DNA of 32,000 bases from Enterovirga sp. CN4-39 (GCF_049446235.1 NZ_JBMSEF010000001.1:252855-284854), one strand, 5' to 3'; counted from the first letter of the stretch, positions 1 to 10,705 are shown. The notes: a model not told the origin generated them from the letters alone. A program made the numbers and translations.

Positions 1-437
1 ATGAGCGTGGCCCCGTTCAATCCCGCCTTGGCGCCGTGGAGCGTTCCGCCGGCGGAAGGGCCGGCGTCTCCGTCGATGCTGATCCGGCCGCCGGCGGCCC
101 CGGTCCCGGCGAAGGGGCCGGCGGAGCCGTGAACCTCGAGTGATCCGTCGGTCATCCCTTCCCCGAGGCGCTGACCGACGTCTCCTTCGACGACCATCGT
201 GCCCGCCGCCAACTTTGCCCCGACCCTGTCGAGCCGGCTCGAGCCGCCGCGGACGAGCACCCGGCCGGGTTCCCCGACCGCAATCCCGAAACAATCCCCG
301 AGCGTTAGGCGGTAGCGCGTCGTTCCGACCGGGAGGCGAGCGATCTCGGCTTCGCTCATTCCGGCGAGCGCGGCGGGGGTGATGCCCGACAGGTCGAGGC
401 GCTCCGGCGGCTCCTCCAGCAGCGTCAGGACGGTCAT
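1..437 (-). CDS. fhcC: formyltransferase/hydrolase complex subunit C (FwdC/FmdC-like); N-terminal 145 codons only, gene runs off the left edge
   Basis: The minus frame is open from the ATG at 437 to position 1. My own translation reads MTVLTLLEEPPERLDLSGITPAALAGMSEAEIARLPVGTTRYRL..., followed by Gly-rich repeats (GDVGQRLGEGMTDGSLEVHGSAGPFAGTG) typical of the FwdC beta-helix subunit. ATGA start/stop overlap with fhcD (434-437). It is the last gene of the fhcB-A-D-C order. Confidence 0.85.
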   Translation of the reverse strand, partial: MTVLTLLEEPPERLDLSGITPAALAGMSEAEIARLPVGTTRYRLTLGDCFGIAVGEPGRVLVRGGSSRLDRVGAKLAAGTMVVEGDVGQRLGEGMTDGSLEVHGSAGPFAGTGAAGGRISIDGDAGPSAGGTLHGAKAGLNGATL

Positions 438-1342
438 GCGACCATCTCCGCGAGGTGGAAGTGATGTCGCCCGAGCTTCCCGCCGTAGTTCCCGGCCGTA
501 ACCCCGACGAGCCCGTGCGCGGCTCCAACGCTGGCTGCCGCATGGAGCCCCGCCTTCATGGCGGCTGCGACGGCGTCGGGGAACAGCCCGTCGATCACGA
601 TCTCCAGCACGGCATCGACCTCGGCGGGGAGGGCAGATCCGGGCCGCCCTTTCAGGGTCGGGCAGTAGGCGTCATTGGTCGAGGCGATCACGCCCTTGTA
701 GCGCGATCCGACCTTAGAACCCGAGCGGGCGATCCCGCCCGGGAAAGGCAGGATCGCGTCTGGCACCGCGCGGGCGGCGCTCACGGCCGCCTCTGCGGCA
801 GCCAGCGTTCCGGCGAAATCGCGTCCGAGGAAGATCAGGTTTCCGCCACCGACGGCCCCGTCCACCGCGCCCGTATCGTGCTCGCAGACGAATTCGCCAT
901 CCATCACCGGGATTCGCCAGTAACGTCGGCCGCCCAAGCGCTTGGCCGTCTGGAATCCGTCGCCGAAGATCCGGATCCCGGCGCCGATCTTCAGTCGGGC
1001 TGCTCCCTCGGTGCCCGCGTAGCAGGCGGAGCCCGGCGAGGTGAGCACGCATTGCCCGACCCGCTTCAGCAGCGCCGATTGCAGCCCCTTGCGGTCGAAG
1101 CCGAAGAGCAGAACCCGGATGCCGGGGCGACCGTCCGGCGTCGCCTCCGGCGGGACCACGGCGTCGATCCCGGCTTCGACGCCGCAGCCGATCACCGAGG
1201 TCGCGAAGCCCGTCACGGTGATTGCCGCGATCTCGGCCCAGCGTGCCGTTTCCGCGGTGATCACGATCCCCGTCGCGGCCATGTCGAAGGCCTCGGCGAA
1301 CGTATCCGCGATCCTGACGCCGTTCAGGCTCAGCTCCGGCAT
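434..1342 (-). CDS. fhcD: formylmethanofuran:H4MPT formyltransferase subunit of the Fhc complex (Ftr family)
   Basis: ORF 434..1501 trimmed to the ATG at 1342 (MPELSLNGVRIADTFAEAFDMAATGIVITAE...), 302 aa. Full-length Ftr-like sequence as I remember the family. Sits between fhcA and fhcC. Confidence 0.92.
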   Translation of the reverse strand: MPELSLNGVRIADTFAEAFDMAATGIVITAETARWAEIAAITVTGFATSVIGCGVEAGIDAVVPPEATPDGRPGIRVLLFGFDRKGLQSALLKRVGQCVLTSPGSACYAGTEGAARLKIGAGIRIFGDGFQTAKRLGGRRYWRIPVMDGEFVCEHDTGAVDGAVGGGNLIFLGRDFAGTLAAAEAAVSAARAVPDAILPFPGGIARSGSKVGSRYKGVIASTNDAYCPTLKGRPGSALPAEVDAVLEIVIDGLFPDAVAAAMKAGLHAAASVGAAHGLVGVTAGNYGGKLGRHHFHLAEMVA

Positions 1343-2961
1343 GCGACCTCGCTGAAAACCTCGCGACCCGGGAAGGCCGCCTCGGGAACCGCAAACCCGG
1401 ACAGCCCGGTCCCGAACCGCGTCTCGAGATAGGCGTCGGCCCGGCGCTTCATTCCGGGATCGGCACCGAGCGAGAGGGACAGAGTCCGGCCGGCCTGCCA
1501 ATCCACGACCTCCCCATTCTCCACGATCGTCCTTCCACCTTTGAGGACGTGAGCTGCCGCGGAAAACATGGCCGTCCGATCCGGGAGGTCCCGGTAAACT
1601 GCCACGTCGGCCCGGGCGCCCGGCCGGAGATGGCCGCGATCATCGAGCCCCAGCAGGCGCGCAGGGCCCGAACGCGTCATCGCGGCAACCTCGCTGAGTG
1701 TGTACTCGCGTTCCAGGCGGCCGACGGAGGAACGCTCGGCCACCGCCCGGGGGAGGGTGGCAAGCTCCCGGTCGCGCTCCTCCCTGTCCATCAGCAGGTG
1801 CAGGATGCGGGGATAGGCCGTGAAGGGACCGCCATTGGGGTGGTCCGTCGTCAGGAGGATGCGCTCCGGATCGGGCGAAAGCAGCATCAGCTCGAGCCCG
1901 ATCGCAAATTGCAGGGCGCTCGTGGCGCCCGCGCGCCGATACCTGAACGGAACGAGGCCGCCACCCTCCGCATCTCCGGCGACGAGTGCCCATTTGCGCG
2001 GGGAGGCCGCTTTTCGCCCCCCGAACTGGCGAATGACGTCGAGCGACAGCGTGCAGGTCTGGCCGAAGACGACCTGCCCGACATCCATCGTTGCATTCGG
2101 GTTCTCGGCGACGGCCGCAGCGAAGCGTTCCGCCGCGGAGCGGAAGCCGCTCGAGACCGCCCCGGGCTCCGCCTCGGCATAGGCGTAGAACTGCGCATGC
2201 GCGAAGTGGATGCGACGGCCTTCCGCCGCTGCAAGCGTCTGGATCAGCGTCTCGTCGGCACCCGGCAGGCCGAGGTTGCTGCAATGGACATGCAGCGGAT
2301 GCGGCACCCCGAGCTCCTCCACGGCATCGAGTAGCGCCTGGAGGATGTGCCGGGACGTGAGCCCGTATGCGGGGACCTCGTCATCCAGTCCGAACCGGAT
2401 GGCACCCTCCTTGAAGGCGACGGCGCCGCCTGCATTCACGACCTTCACGCCGAGGCCGCGGGAAGTGGCGAGCGTCAGCGCGACGAGGTCGCGGACGGCC
2501 TCGGAGCTCTCCCTGTTGCGCAAGAGCGCCAGCAGCTGGTCGTCATTGCCGAGAACCGAAAGCGCGCCCCGGTCCAGGAACGGGATGTCGGCCAGTTCCA
2601 GATGCGTCGCGAGCGCATTCGTCGGTGCCAGCGCCGGCTCGATCGCGGTCGTGTAGCCCATCCGGGCGTAGGCCTCCCCGATGGCCCCCGCCGATCCGGT
2701 GACGCCGGGCAGCGGGCCGCCCTCGTCCACCTGCAACTCGGGCAGGAGCAGCCGGGACAGGATCACGTTGCCGCCCGCGATGTGGCTGTGCACCTCGATC
2801 GCGCCGGCCATCACGACGTGGCCGTGCGCGTCGATCCTCCGGTCGGCCCGGCCGTCCGCAGGCGGCTCGACCACGCGCTCGTCCTGAAGCCAGACGTCTC
2901 CGATCGCGTCCCGTGCCGTGGTCGGGTCGACGACGCGCCCGCCGGCGATGCAGGTCAGCAT
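1330..2961 (-). CDS. fhcA: formyltransferase/hydrolase complex subunit A (FwdA-like amidohydrolase)
   Basis: ORF 1330..3096 trimmed to the ATG at 2961 (MLTCIAGGRVVDPTTARD...), 543 aa. Amidohydrolase-type HxH metal motif (AIEVHSHIAGG). Overlaps the fhcD start by 13 nt. Confidence 0.92.
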   Translation of the reverse strand: MLTCIAGGRVVDPTTARDAIGDVWLQDERVVEPPADGRADRRIDAHGHVVMAGAIEVHSHIAGGNVILSRLLLPELQVDEGGPLPGVTGSAGAIGEAYARMGYTTAIEPALAPTNALATHLELADIPFLDRGALSVLGNDDQLLALLRNRESSEAVRDLVALTLATSRGLGVKVVNAGGAVAFKEGAIRFGLDDEVPAYGLTSRHILQALLDAVEELGVPHPLHVHCSNLGLPGADETLIQTLAAAEGRRIHFAHAQFYAYAEAEPGAVSSGFRSAAERFAAAVAENPNATMDVGQVVFGQTCTLSLDVIRQFGGRKAASPRKWALVAGDAEGGGLVPFRYRRAGATSALQFAIGLELMLLSPDPERILLTTDHPNGGPFTAYPRILHLLMDREERDRELATLPRAVAERSSVGRLEREYTLSEVAAMTRSGPARLLGLDDRGHLRPGARADVAVYRDLPDRTAMFSAAAHVLKGGRTIVENGEVVDWQAGRTLSLSLGADPGMKRRADAYLETRFGTGLSGFAVPEAAFPGREVFSEVACRS

Positions 2962-4019
2962 GGCGCCTGCCGGAGGCGGAGCGCCTCGCACCCGAGCCGC
3001 CCGAGCGCGTCCGCAGCCGTGATGGCCTTTTCCGGTCGCGCCGCCGCACGGTACGCGAGGACGCCACGGCCATCGTCCCAGACGGCGCCATCGCATGTGA
3101 CCCCGGGGACGGCGACCTCGATGACGATGTGCGCCTCCTCGCCCGTTGGCTCCCCGAGGAGCGCGACCTCGGGCCTTTCCGAGCCCGCGGGCACCGGTGC
3201 CTCCAGGGACGCGAGCCAGATCACGGCGTCCACCTCTCCGGCTGAGACGGCGCGCCTCAGGTCGAAGCGCCAGGGATCATGCTCGGCAGAACCGCGCCCG
3301 AAACCCTGCCGGGGTGGCAGGCCGGTCGTCCAGGCCGAGACCTGGACCACACACTGCCCCTGCCAGGCATCGGCGAGCGGTAAAGCGAAGCACCGTGCAG
3401 TATCGTTCAACTCCTGGAGCAGTTCGATCAGCATCTGGGAGGCGAGCTCGCCCAGCTCGCCGGGGTCGTAAATCACGACACCGAATCGGGCCGTCCGCAG
3501 GTTCTCGGCAAGGGCGGTCACGTCGGGATCGGCCGCGATCCGCCCGGCCGCAACCGCCCTGAGCAGCCCGATGGTCGCCGGAAGTCCGGCCGCGTTCAGC
3601 GGGTAGGCGAGATGTTCTACCTCGGGCGGCGGCACCCCGCCCAGCGCGACGATCCTGCGGGTCGCTCCGGCCGTCCCGCCGGTCACAGGGCCTCGGCTCG
3701 CGAGACGGCGCAGCATGGATGACGCGGCCGCAGCCTCCCCGATCGCCAGGATGAAGTCGGCGCGGGCCAGGGCCTCGGCCGGGGTTGTCCCGATCGTGCC
3801 CGAGGCGGCGAAGCCGGCGAGCGCTGCATACAGCTCAGTGGACGCGAAAGGATCGACGATCCCGCCGACGACTTCCGCGAGGCGAATGCCCGCCCGGATG
3901 CCGTCCACATCGGCGACGAGCCCCGCAATTGCGGGCAGCCGGGCCTCCGCGATGACAGCGGCTGCAGCCTCGAGGGCTGCTTCTCGATCTACCCGCGCGC
4001 CATTGATCCAGGCCGCCAT
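2955..4019 (-). CDS. fhcB: formyltransferase/hydrolase complex subunit B (FwdB-like)
   Basis: 354-aa ORF starting at the ATG at 4019 (MAAWINGARVDREAALEAAAAVIAE...). First gene of the fhc operon; its stop lies 7 nt inside fhcA. The call rests on position and on general FwdB-like character. Confidence 0.85.
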   Translation of the reverse strand: MAAWINGARVDREAALEAAAAVIAEARLPAIAGLVADVDGIRAGIRLAEVVGGIVDPFASTELYAALAGFAASGTIGTTPAEALARADFILAIGEAAAASSMLRRLASRGPVTGGTAGATRRIVALGGVPPPEVEHLAYPLNAAGLPATIGLLRAVAAGRIAADPDVTALAENLRTARFGVVIYDPGELGELASQMLIELLQELNDTARCFALPLADAWQGQCVVQVSAWTTGLPPRQGFGRGSAEHDPWRFDLRRAVSAGEVDAVIWLASLEAPVPAGSERPEVALLGEPTGEEAHIVIEVAVPGVTCDGAVWDDGRGVLAYRAAARPEKAITAADALGRLGCEALRLRQAPC

Positions 4020-4273
4020 CAGCCGTGCCGCTGCTCCGTGCCGCCTGAATCGAAGCCTCTACGCCCGACTTTCCGCTCGTCCGCGAAGATGTCGCTCGAT
4101 CAAGCAACGCTGCCGAGAGTGCCTGTTGCCCATCAGGCGGGCAAGGGCCCCAGCACAACGCGGGCTTATTCTATGATGTTTCTAAGAGCATGCTGAGTTG
4201 CGGCAGGTCGCTCGTGCATGTGAAGCTGGCGAAGACTTCGGGTAGGAGGCGCGGCAAGGTGGCTTCACAGCCG
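4020..4273. promoter_or_regulatory. divergent control region between fhcB and mptG
   Basis: 254-nt non-coding gap between head-to-head operons. It contains the only AT-rich patch in the area (ttattctatgatgtttctaagagcatgc, about 4167-4193). No specific -35/-10 elements assigned. Confidence 0.4.
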
Positions 4274-5272
4274 ATGCGGGGTGGTCAAGCCGTCCTGGTG
4301 CGGGCGCCCGCGCGGCTGCACCTCGGATTTCTGGACCTCCATGGCGGCCTCGGGCGCCGCTTCGGCAGCATAGGCCTGGCCCTCGACGAGCCTTTCACAG
4401 AACTTCGACTGCAGCCTTCGAGAGAGCTGTGCTGCCAGGGCTTGGAGGCCAGCCGCGTGCGCCGGCTCTGCCTCGCCGCGGCCCAGCATCTTGGTGTCGA
4501 GCCCCATTGTCGGATCGTGATGACTACCGCGATACCGGCTCATGCAGGTCTCGGCTCCGGCACGCAACTCGCGCTTGCAATCGGGAGCGGGATCGCCCGG
4601 CTCAACGGTCGCGCCTTCACGCCAAACGCGGCAGAGGCGCTTGACCGCGGAAATCGCTCCGGGATCGGCATCGCGGCATTCTTCGAAGGCGGATTGATCG
4701 TCGATGGCGGCAGACGCAGCGGCCACGGCCTGCCGCCGGTGATCGCGCGCCTCGACTTCCCGGCCGACTGGCGGGTGCTGCTCGTGCTCGATCCAGATAT
4801 TGCGGGCTTCCATGGCGAGGGCGAGCGCGCAGCCTTCGCGCGGCTCCCCGTCTTCCCGGAACATGACGCCGACCGGATCTCCCGGACGGTCCTCATGCAG
4901 GTCTTGCCTGCCTTGGCCGAGCAGGACCTGCCGGGCTTCGGCGCAGGGATCGCGGACATCCAGCGCCGGCTTGGGGACCATTTCGCCCCGGCGCAGGGCG
5001 GCCGCTACACGAGTCCGCGCGTCGCGGCCGCGATGGCGGCTGTCGAGGCGCTCGGCATCGGCGGTGCCGGACAGAGCTCCTGGGGCCCGACCGGCTTCGC
5101 CTTCGTCGGTTCCGAGGCGGAGGCGGCGGATGTCGTCCGCTGGCTCAGGCGGCCGGGAGGCCCAGCCGACGGGCTCCGCATCCTGGCTGTCCGCGGACGG
5201 AACGGGCCGGCCGAGATCCGGCTGGTCGAAGCGGGGGAGGGTGCCGCCCGCGGCGCTCTCCTGAACGCTTGA
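4274..5272 (+). CDS. mptG: beta-ribofuranosylaminobenzene 5'-phosphate (beta-RFAP) synthase, H4MPT biosynthesis
   Basis: ORF 4190..5272 trimmed to the ATG at 4274 (MRGGQAVLVRAPARLHLGFLDLHGG...). GHMP-kinase-like motif IPAHAGLGSGTQLALAIG. The in-frame ATG at 4190 and GTG at 4214 are possible alternative starts. Confidence 0.85.
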   Translation: MRGGQAVLVRAPARLHLGFLDLHGGLGRRFGSIGLALDEPFTELRLQPSRELCCQGLEASRVRRLCLAAAQHLGVEPHCRIVMTTAIPAHAGLGSGTQLALAIGSGIARLNGRAFTPNAAEALDRGNRSGIGIAAFFEGGLIVDGGRRSGHGLPPVIARLDFPADWRVLLVLDPDIAGFHGEGERAAFARLPVFPEHDADRISRTVLMQVLPALAEQDLPGFGAGIADIQRRLGDHFAPAQGGRYTSPRVAAAMAAVEALGIGGAGQSSWGPTGFAFVGSEAEAADVVRWLRRPGGPADGLRILAVRGRNGPAEIRLVEAGEGAARGALLNA

Positions 5273-5291
5273 GCGCGAGGCGCATCCTCCG

Positions 5292-6194
5292 ATGGCGCGC
5301 TCCATACTCCACATGCTCAGTCCGACCAAGCATGTAAGCCCGTTCGACGTGAACATGGCGGTCGATGCCGGCTTCGACGTGATCGTGCCTCATTCGGACG
5401 TTCTGCCGGGCGAAGTCGGTGCGCTCGTGCAGGACGCGATCTTCTCCCGCTCGCCCCAGGATGGCAGCCGGACCTGCGTATTCATCGGTGGCAAGGACGC
5501 GGAAACCGCGCTCGACATGTTTGCCTCCGCCAAGGCGGCCTTCGTGCCGCCATTCCGTCTCAGTCTCTTCGTCGATCCGGGCGGCTCGTTCACGACGGCG
5601 GCCGCAATGATCGCGATCGTGTCTCGCAAGCTGCGCGACTTCTCTGGAAGCGGGCTTTCCGGGCGTCGCGTACTGATCTTCGGCGGTACGGGTGTGGTCG
5701 CCTACGGGGCGGCGGTGCTCGCCGCCGGCGAGGGCGCGCGGCCGGTTCTCGTCGGCTATGACGGGCGCGATCGCGTGGCCCGCATCGCCGAGGCGATCCG
5801 AGCCAGGTTCGGCGCGGAGGTCGAGGCCCTGGACGGCTCGACGCCGGAACTCCGGCGCAGGGTTATCGGAGATGCGGAGGTCGTCCTGTCCGCCGCGAAG
5901 GCAGGCGTGCAGGTCCTCACCGGCGAGGACCTCCAACACGCTGCGAAGCTGTCCGTCGCCGCGGACGTAAACGCGGTTCCGCCTCCCGGCATCGCGGGCC
6001 TAGAGCTTCAGGCGAACGGCTCCCCGCTCGGCGACAGCGGGCATACATTCGGCGTCGGCGCTCTCGCGATCGGCAACGTCAAGTACCAGACCGAGCTGGG
6101 GCTGTTCCGGCGCATCCTGGCTTCGGAGAAGCCGCTCGCCATCGGCCTACAGGAGGCCTTCGCGCTCGCCTCCGAGATCGCGGGACGTGCCTGA
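5292..6194 (+). CDS. mtdB: NAD(P)-dependent methylene-H4MPT dehydrogenase
   Basis: 300-aa ORF (MARSILHMLSPTKHVSPFDVNMAVDAGFD...) with a Rossmann motif (VLIFGGTGVVAYGAA). Matches the MtdA/MtdB family pattern and lies between mptG and mch. Confidence 0.9.
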   Translation: MARSILHMLSPTKHVSPFDVNMAVDAGFDVIVPHSDVLPGEVGALVQDAIFSRSPQDGSRTCVFIGGKDAETALDMFASAKAAFVPPFRLSLFVDPGGSFTTAAAMIAIVSRKLRDFSGSGLSGRRVLIFGGTGVVAYGAAVLAAGEGARPVLVGYDGRDRVARIAEAIRARFGAEVEALDGSTPELRRRVIGDAEVVLSAAKAGVQVLTGEDLQHAAKLSVAADVNAVPPPGIAGLELQANGSPLGDSGHTFGVGALAIGNVKYQTELGLFRRILASEKPLAIGLQEAFALASEIAGRA

Positions 6195-7362
6195 GGCGGT
6201 CGTCATCCTCGCGCAGTCCGGCCGGGCGCTTGCCCAGGCGGCTCGGCGGGCCGGGCTTCGGCCCTATGTCGCCGACCTGTTCGGGGACGAGGATACTCAA
6301 GCCTCCGCCGAAGCCTGGCGCCCGCTGCGAGGCGGGTTCGGCGGAAGCCTCTGCCGCGCGACTGCGCTGCAGGCTGCGGGCGAACTTGCAGGTCTCGCGG
6401 GCCAAAACCTTGTCGGCCTGATCCTCGGCAGCGGCTTCGAAAGCGCGCCGACCCTGGTGGCCGAACTGGCACGACGTCGTCCGCTGCTCGGAGCCGATGC
6501 CTTCCTCGTCGAATGGCTCAAGGACCCGCTTAGGCTGGAGCGGCTCCTGCTCGAACTCGGCATCCCGCATCCGCCGCTGTCGCTGGAAGCCGTGCCTCGA
6601 CCGGAGGGCTGGCTGTGCAAGCGCGTCGGCGGGTCCGGCGGTGGCCACATCCGGCCAGCATCGCGTGGCGCTCCGCCGAGGGGGAGCTATCTGCAGAAGA
6701 GAGTTATGGGCCGTCCGGTCTCGGTCGGCTTCCTGGCCGACGGGAGCGCCTGCGAGATCCTCGGCTTCACCGAGCAATGGACGGCGCCGTCAAGGAGCGC
6801 TCCATTCCGCTACGGCGGCGCGGTCATTCCGGCCCCCCTCGATCCTGCCGTCGCCGTAGGGATGGCCGAGGCTGTTCGCGACATCGTTCGTGCCACGGGC
6901 CTGCGAGGGCTCACCAGCGCCGACTGCCTCGTCGAGGAAACCGGCTGGTGGCTGCTGGAGATCAATCCCCGCCCGGGCGCGACGCTCGACCTGCTCGACC
7001 GCCGATCGACGCCCCTTCTCCGGCGTCACATCGAGGCTTGCACCGGCCGCTTCGGAGAGCCGGAGAGCGCGCCGGCCAAAGCAGTCGCTCAGGAGATCCT
7101 CTACGCCAGGCGCACGATCCGGGCTGTGCCGGACCTGTGCTGGGCGGGATTCGTGGCTGACCGCCCGAGACCGGGGAGCCGGATCGTAGCCGGCGCGCCG
7201 ATCTGCACGGTCGGCGCGGACGGGATGACGGCAGGAATGGCGCGAGAGAGGCTGCGCGAGAGGTCGGCCGCCGTCCGCGCGATCCTGGAGCAGGAAGGGC
7301 AGGAGGATGACTTGGGCAGGACGGCGCCCGAGCGTGAACGCTTTGGCTGCGCCCCTTGTTGA
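6187..7362 (+). CDS. ATP-grasp domain protein of the H4MPT/methylofuran cofactor island (orf5-type by position)
   Basis: 391-aa ORF with a GTG start that overlaps the mtdB stop by 8 nt. ATP-grasp C-terminal motif [16 protein letters not shown]. The position after mtdB matches the orf5 slot I recall in M. extorquens. Confidence 0.75.
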   Translation: MPEAVVILAQSGRALAQAARRAGLRPYVADLFGDEDTQASAEAWRPLRGGFGGSLCRATALQAAGELAGLAGQNLVGLILGSGFESAPTLVAELARRRPLLGADAFLVEWLKDPLRLERLLLELGIPHPPLSLEAVPRPEGWLCKRVGGSGGGHIRPASRGAPPRGSYLQKRVMGRPVSVGFLADGSACEILGFTEQWTAPSRSAPFRYGGAVIPAPLDPAVAVGMAEAVRDIVRATGLRGLTSADCLVEETGWWLLEINPRPGATLDLLDRRSTPLLRRHIEACTGRFGEPESAPAKAVAQEILYARRTIRAVPDLCWAGFVADRPRPGSRIVAGAPICTVGADGMTAGMARERLRERSAAVRAILEQEGQEDDLGRTAPERERFGCAPC

Positions 7363-8278
7363 CGCGCTCGCGGCGGAAGCCACCGCGCTGCGGATCGAAG
7401 TAGGCGAGGCGTCCGGCGCCCGCGTCATTGATGCGGGAGCGAAAGCGCGCGGCTCCATCGAGGCCGGCCGGCGGCTCGCCGAGATATGCATGGGCGGGCT
7501 CGGCCGCGTGTCGATCGTCCCGCAGGGTCCCGTGCCGTCCTGGCCGTTTTCGGTCCAGGTTCACACCGCGGATCCCGTTCTGGCGTGCCTTGCGAGCCAG
7601 TACGCGGGCTGGAGCCTGAGCGACAGGGAGGAGGGCGGAGGCTTTTTCGCGCTCGGATCGGGCCCGGGCCGCGCGGCCGCGGCCGTCGAGGAACTGTTCG
7701 GACAGCTCGACTACCGCGACGCGGCGTCATCGATCGTCTTGGTGCTGGAGAGTGCCGATCCGCCCCCGGCCGCCATCGTCGATAAGGTCGCCCGAGCTGC
7801 CGGGATCGCGCCGTCGGCGGTCACCTTCATTTTCGCCCCCACACAAAGCCTCGCCGGCACCACCCAGATCGTCGCGCGAGTGCTCGAGGTCGCGCTGCAC
7901 AAGGCGCATGAACTCGGCTTCCCGCTCGAGGCCGTGCTGGACGGCATCGGCGTTGCGCCACTGGCACCACCCGCGCCGACAATGCTCGCCGCCATGGGGC
8001 GAACCAACGACGCCATCATCTATGGCGGGCGGGTGCAGCTCTTCGTCGAGGCGGACGACCCGGACGCTCGGGATCTCGCCGAGAAACTGCCGAGCAGCGC
8101 CTCCCGCGACCACGGTGCGCCATTCGCCAGCATCTTCGAGCACGCCGGCGGCGATTTCTATGCCATCGACGCCCATCTCTTCAGCCCGGCCGAGGTGATC
8201 GTGACTTCGTTGAAGAGCGGGAAGAGCCATCGCGCCGGGAGGATCGAGCCGGCGCTGGTGGAGGCTTCCTTCACGTGA
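7307..8278 (+). CDS. mch: methenyl-H4MPT cyclohydrolase
   Basis: 323-aa ORF (…[26 protein letters not shown]…GSGPGRA…[24 protein letters not shown]…). Family recognised along the full length. The start is uncertain: ATG at 7307 (overlaps the upstream gene by 56 nt) or GTG at 7334. Confidence 0.92.
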   Translation: MTWAGRRPSVNALAAPLVDALAAEATALRIEVGEASGARVIDAGAKARGSIEAGRRLAEICMGGLGRVSIVPQGPVPSWPFSVQVHTADPVLACLASQYAGWSLSDREEGGGFFALGSGPGRAAAAVEELFGQLDYRDAASSIVLVLESADPPPAAIVDKVARAAGIAPSAVTFIFAPTQSLAGTTQIVARVLEVALHKAHELGFPLEAVLDGIGVAPLAPPAPTMLAAMGRTNDAIIYGGRVQLFVEADDPDARDLAEKLPSSASRDHGAPFASIFEHAGGDFYAIDAHLFSPAEVIVTSLKSGKSHRAGRIEPALVEASFT

Positions 8279-9204
8279 GCGCCGGGCTGCGGGTCGCGCT
8301 CGCGGCCGAGAACGGCGAGTGGCATCGCGACCGCCTCGCGTCGGCCCTCCTGTCGCGCGGCGTCGAGCCGGTGCCGATCTCCCTCGCGGACGTCAGCGTC
8401 GTCACTGGGGATGGCGAGCCGCTTCGCGTGCCCGGCTTCGGGCGTGGCCTGCCACACGGATTGCTCATCCGCACCATCTCGGGCGGGACCTTCGAGGCGA
8501 CGACCCTTCGGCTCGGGATCCTGCACGCGCTGGTGGCGTCCAGGACGGTCGTCTGGAACAGCCCTGCCGCGATCGAGCGGTCGGTGGACAAATCGATGAC
8601 GAGCCTGCTCCTTGCGCGCGGCGGCGTGCCAACGCCGGAGACCTTCGTGCTGTCGACCTGGGAGGCGGCCTCCGACCTCGCCGCGAGCGAGGCGCGGCCA
8701 CAGACGCCGCTCGTGCTCAAGCCGCTCTTCGGGTCACAGGGCGAGGGCCTTCGCCTGATCACGCGGCCGGACGACCTGCCCGACAGGGACGAGGTCGCCG
8801 GCGTCTACTACCTGCAGCGCTACGTTTCCCGGAGGGACGGAAGCTGGCGCGACTACCGGGTCTTCGTCTGTGCTGGCCGCGCGATCGCGGGCATGATCCG
8901 CGAGGGTGACGGATGGATCACCAACCTCCGCCGCGGCGGCCGCCCAAGGCCCTGGGAGGTCCCGTCCGAGGCGGCGCGGCTGGCGGAGGCTGCCGCCGCG
9001 CTGACCAGCGTCGACTACACCGGCGTCGACCTCGTGGAAGACGGGGAGGGAGGCTACCTCGTGCTCGAGGTCAACTCGATGCCGGCCTGGTCGGGCTTGC
9101 AGCAGGTCACCCAGGTCGACATCGCGGGCGAGATCGCAGCCGGCTTCGTGCGCGCGGTCAGGGCTGCCCATGGTCCTGCACCCCGGCTCGCGGCGGCCAC
9201 GTGA
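8275..9204 (+). CDS. RimK-type ATP-grasp ligase (orfY-type; MptN-like glutamate ligase candidate)
   Basis: 309-aa ORF with a GTGA start/stop overlap with mch. RimK-like motifs [13 protein letters not shown] and [15 protein letters not shown]. Confidence 0.75.
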   Translation: MSAGLRVALAAENGEWHRDRLASALLSRGVEPVPISLADVSVVTGDGEPLRVPGFGRGLPHGLLIRTISGGTFEATTLRLGILHALVASRTVVWNSPAAIERSVDKSMTSLLLARGGVPTPETFVLSTWEAASDLAASEARPQTPLVLKPLFGSQGEGLRLITRPDDLPDRDEVAGVYYLQRYVSRRDGSWRDYRVFVCAGRAIAGMIREGDGWITNLRRGGRPRPWEVPSEAARLAEAAAALTSVDYTGVDLVEDGEGGYLVLEVNSMPAWSGLQQVTQVDIAGEIAAGFVRAVRAAHGPAPRLAAAT

Positions 9205-10037
9205 GTGGGCTCTCGCCCCGGTGCATCGCCGAGGCCTACGAGGCGGCCTGTCTCGCCGAACTCGCGGCGCTGAAGCCGGGCAACGTCCATGTCTTCGCTG
9301 CCGGCCACCGGATGCGCGTGGAGGATTTCCGTCGCAGCGCTACGGTGTCGTCGGGGCCGCTCTCTCGCGCTGGCAGCGGTGTCGGCGAGCGGGTTCTTGG
9401 GGCGGTCGAGGCTACGTCCGGTGCCGTCGGCCAGAACACCAATCTCGGCATTCTCCTGCTCTGCGCGCCGCTTGCGGCTGCCGCGGAACGGGGAGGGCAC
9501 CTCCGGACCGCCCTGGACGAGGTGCTTGCCGCCCTGGACATGGAGGATGCGAGGCGTGTCTACGCGGCGATCCGCCTCGCGAACCCTGCCGGGCTCGGGC
9601 GAACCGATCGGCACGACGTAGCGGAGGAGCCGGATATCGATCTTCGCGCCGCCATGGCGGCGGCGGCCGAGCGCGACAGGATCGCCCACGCCTACGTGAC
9701 CGGCTTCCAGGATCTGTTCGAAACCGGGCTCTCCGCCCTAACGGAGGCGCGCTCCCACGGGCTTGCGGAGCCCTGGCCGGCAACAGCCGTCCATTTCGCG
9801 TTCCTGGCAGGTTTTCGGGACAGCCACATCTGCAGGAAGCATGGCGCCGCTTGTGCGGAGGAGGTGCGGGCCGAAGCTGCCGCCCTCGGCCGGATCCTCT
9901 TCGTAAACGACGAATACGTTCGGGATCTGCTCGCGTTCGACATCTCGCTGAAATTGCGCGGCCTCAACCCGGGAACTACGGCCGACCTTACCGTGGCGAC
10001 GCTTTTTCTCGACAATCTGCTCCGCGAGAACGCCTGA
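9201..10037 (+). CDS. triphosphoribosyl-dephospho-CoA synthase (CitG/MdcB) family protein, orf7-type
   Basis: ORF 8913..10037 trimmed to the GTG at 9201, which makes a GTGA overlap with the upstream stop. Translation [30 protein letters not shown]…NTNLGILLL…[10 protein letters not shown] is typical of the CitG family. 278 aa. Confidence 0.75.
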   Translation: MSGLSPRCIAEAYEAACLAELAALKPGNVHVFAAGHRMRVEDFRRSATVSSGPLSRAGSGVGERVLGAVEATSGAVGQNTNLGILLLCAPLAAAAERGGHLRTALDEVLAALDMEDARRVYAAIRLANPAGLGRTDRHDVAEEPDIDLRAAMAAAAERDRIAHAYVTGFQDLFETGLSALTEARSHGLAEPWPATAVHFAFLAGFRDSHICRKHGAACAEEVRAEAAALGRILFVNDEYVRDLLAFDISLKLRGLNPGTTADLTVATLFLDNLLRENA

Positions 10038-10044
10038 ATGCGCC

Positions 10045-10073
10045 TTGTCCGGTCCGATACGCCCGCGCTAGTC
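10045..10073 (+). promoter_or_regulatory. candidate sigma70-type promoter for fae
   Basis: TTGTCC (10045-10050), a 17-nt spacer, then CTAGTC (10068-10073), in the 149-nt gap upstream of fae. Pattern match only. Confidence 0.2.
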
Positions 10074-10186
10074 TCCTGGTGCCATCTGGCCAACCGGTTC
10101 GGCTCGCCCGAACGCTGACAACAAGGATGGGTGTGCCCGGCCGTCTCGGTCGTGAGCGGCCGTCATCAGCAATGGGAGGACACCGC

Positions 10187-10705
10187 ATGGCGACGATCAG
10201 CAAAGTGATGGTGGGCGAGTCCCTCGTGGGCGAGGGGAACGAGGTCGCGCATATCGACCTTATCATCGGCCCGCGGGGCAGCCCCGCCGAGACGGCGTTC
10301 TGCAACAGCCTCACGAACAACAAGGACGGCTTCACGACCCTCCTCGCAGTGGTCGCGCCGAATCTGCCGTGCAAGCCCAACACCGTCATGTTCAACAAGG
10401 TCACGATCAAGGATGCGCGCCAGGCCGTGCAGATGTTCGGGCCGGCGCAGCATGCTGTTGCAATGGCGGTCAGCGAATGCGTCGCCGAAGGCCTAATTCC
10501 GGCCGCCGAGGCCGACGATCTCTTCGTCTGCGTCGGCGTGTTCATCCACTGGGAGGCGGCGGACGACGCCAAAATCCAGCAGTACAACTTCCAGGCCACG
10601 AAGGAGGCCTTGCAGAGGGCCATCCGGGGTGAGCCACGGGCGAGCGACGTGGTGGCGCGCTACAAGACGGCGACGCACCCCTTCGCGGCGAACAAGGCCG
10701 CCTAG
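10187..10705 (+). CDS. fae: formaldehyde-activating enzyme
   Basis: Only the last 172 codons of ORF 9170..10705 are used. ATG at 10187, preceded by the RBS GGGAGGA (about 10172-10178). [35 protein letters not shown]… is the classic Fae N-terminus. Confidence 0.95.
   Translation: MATISKVMVGESLVGEGNEVAHIDLIIGPRGSPAETAFCNSLTNNKDGFTTLLAVVAPNLPCKPNTVMFNKVTIKDARQAVQMFGPAQHAVAMAVSECVAEGLIPAAEADDLFVCVGVFIHWEAADDAKIQQYNFQATKEALQRAIRGEPRASDVVARYKTATHPFAANKAA

Noticed and set aside
140-382. 80-aa plus-strand ORF at the left edge
   Set aside because: Antisense to the fhcC coding frame, with an Arg/Pro-rich low-complexity translation.
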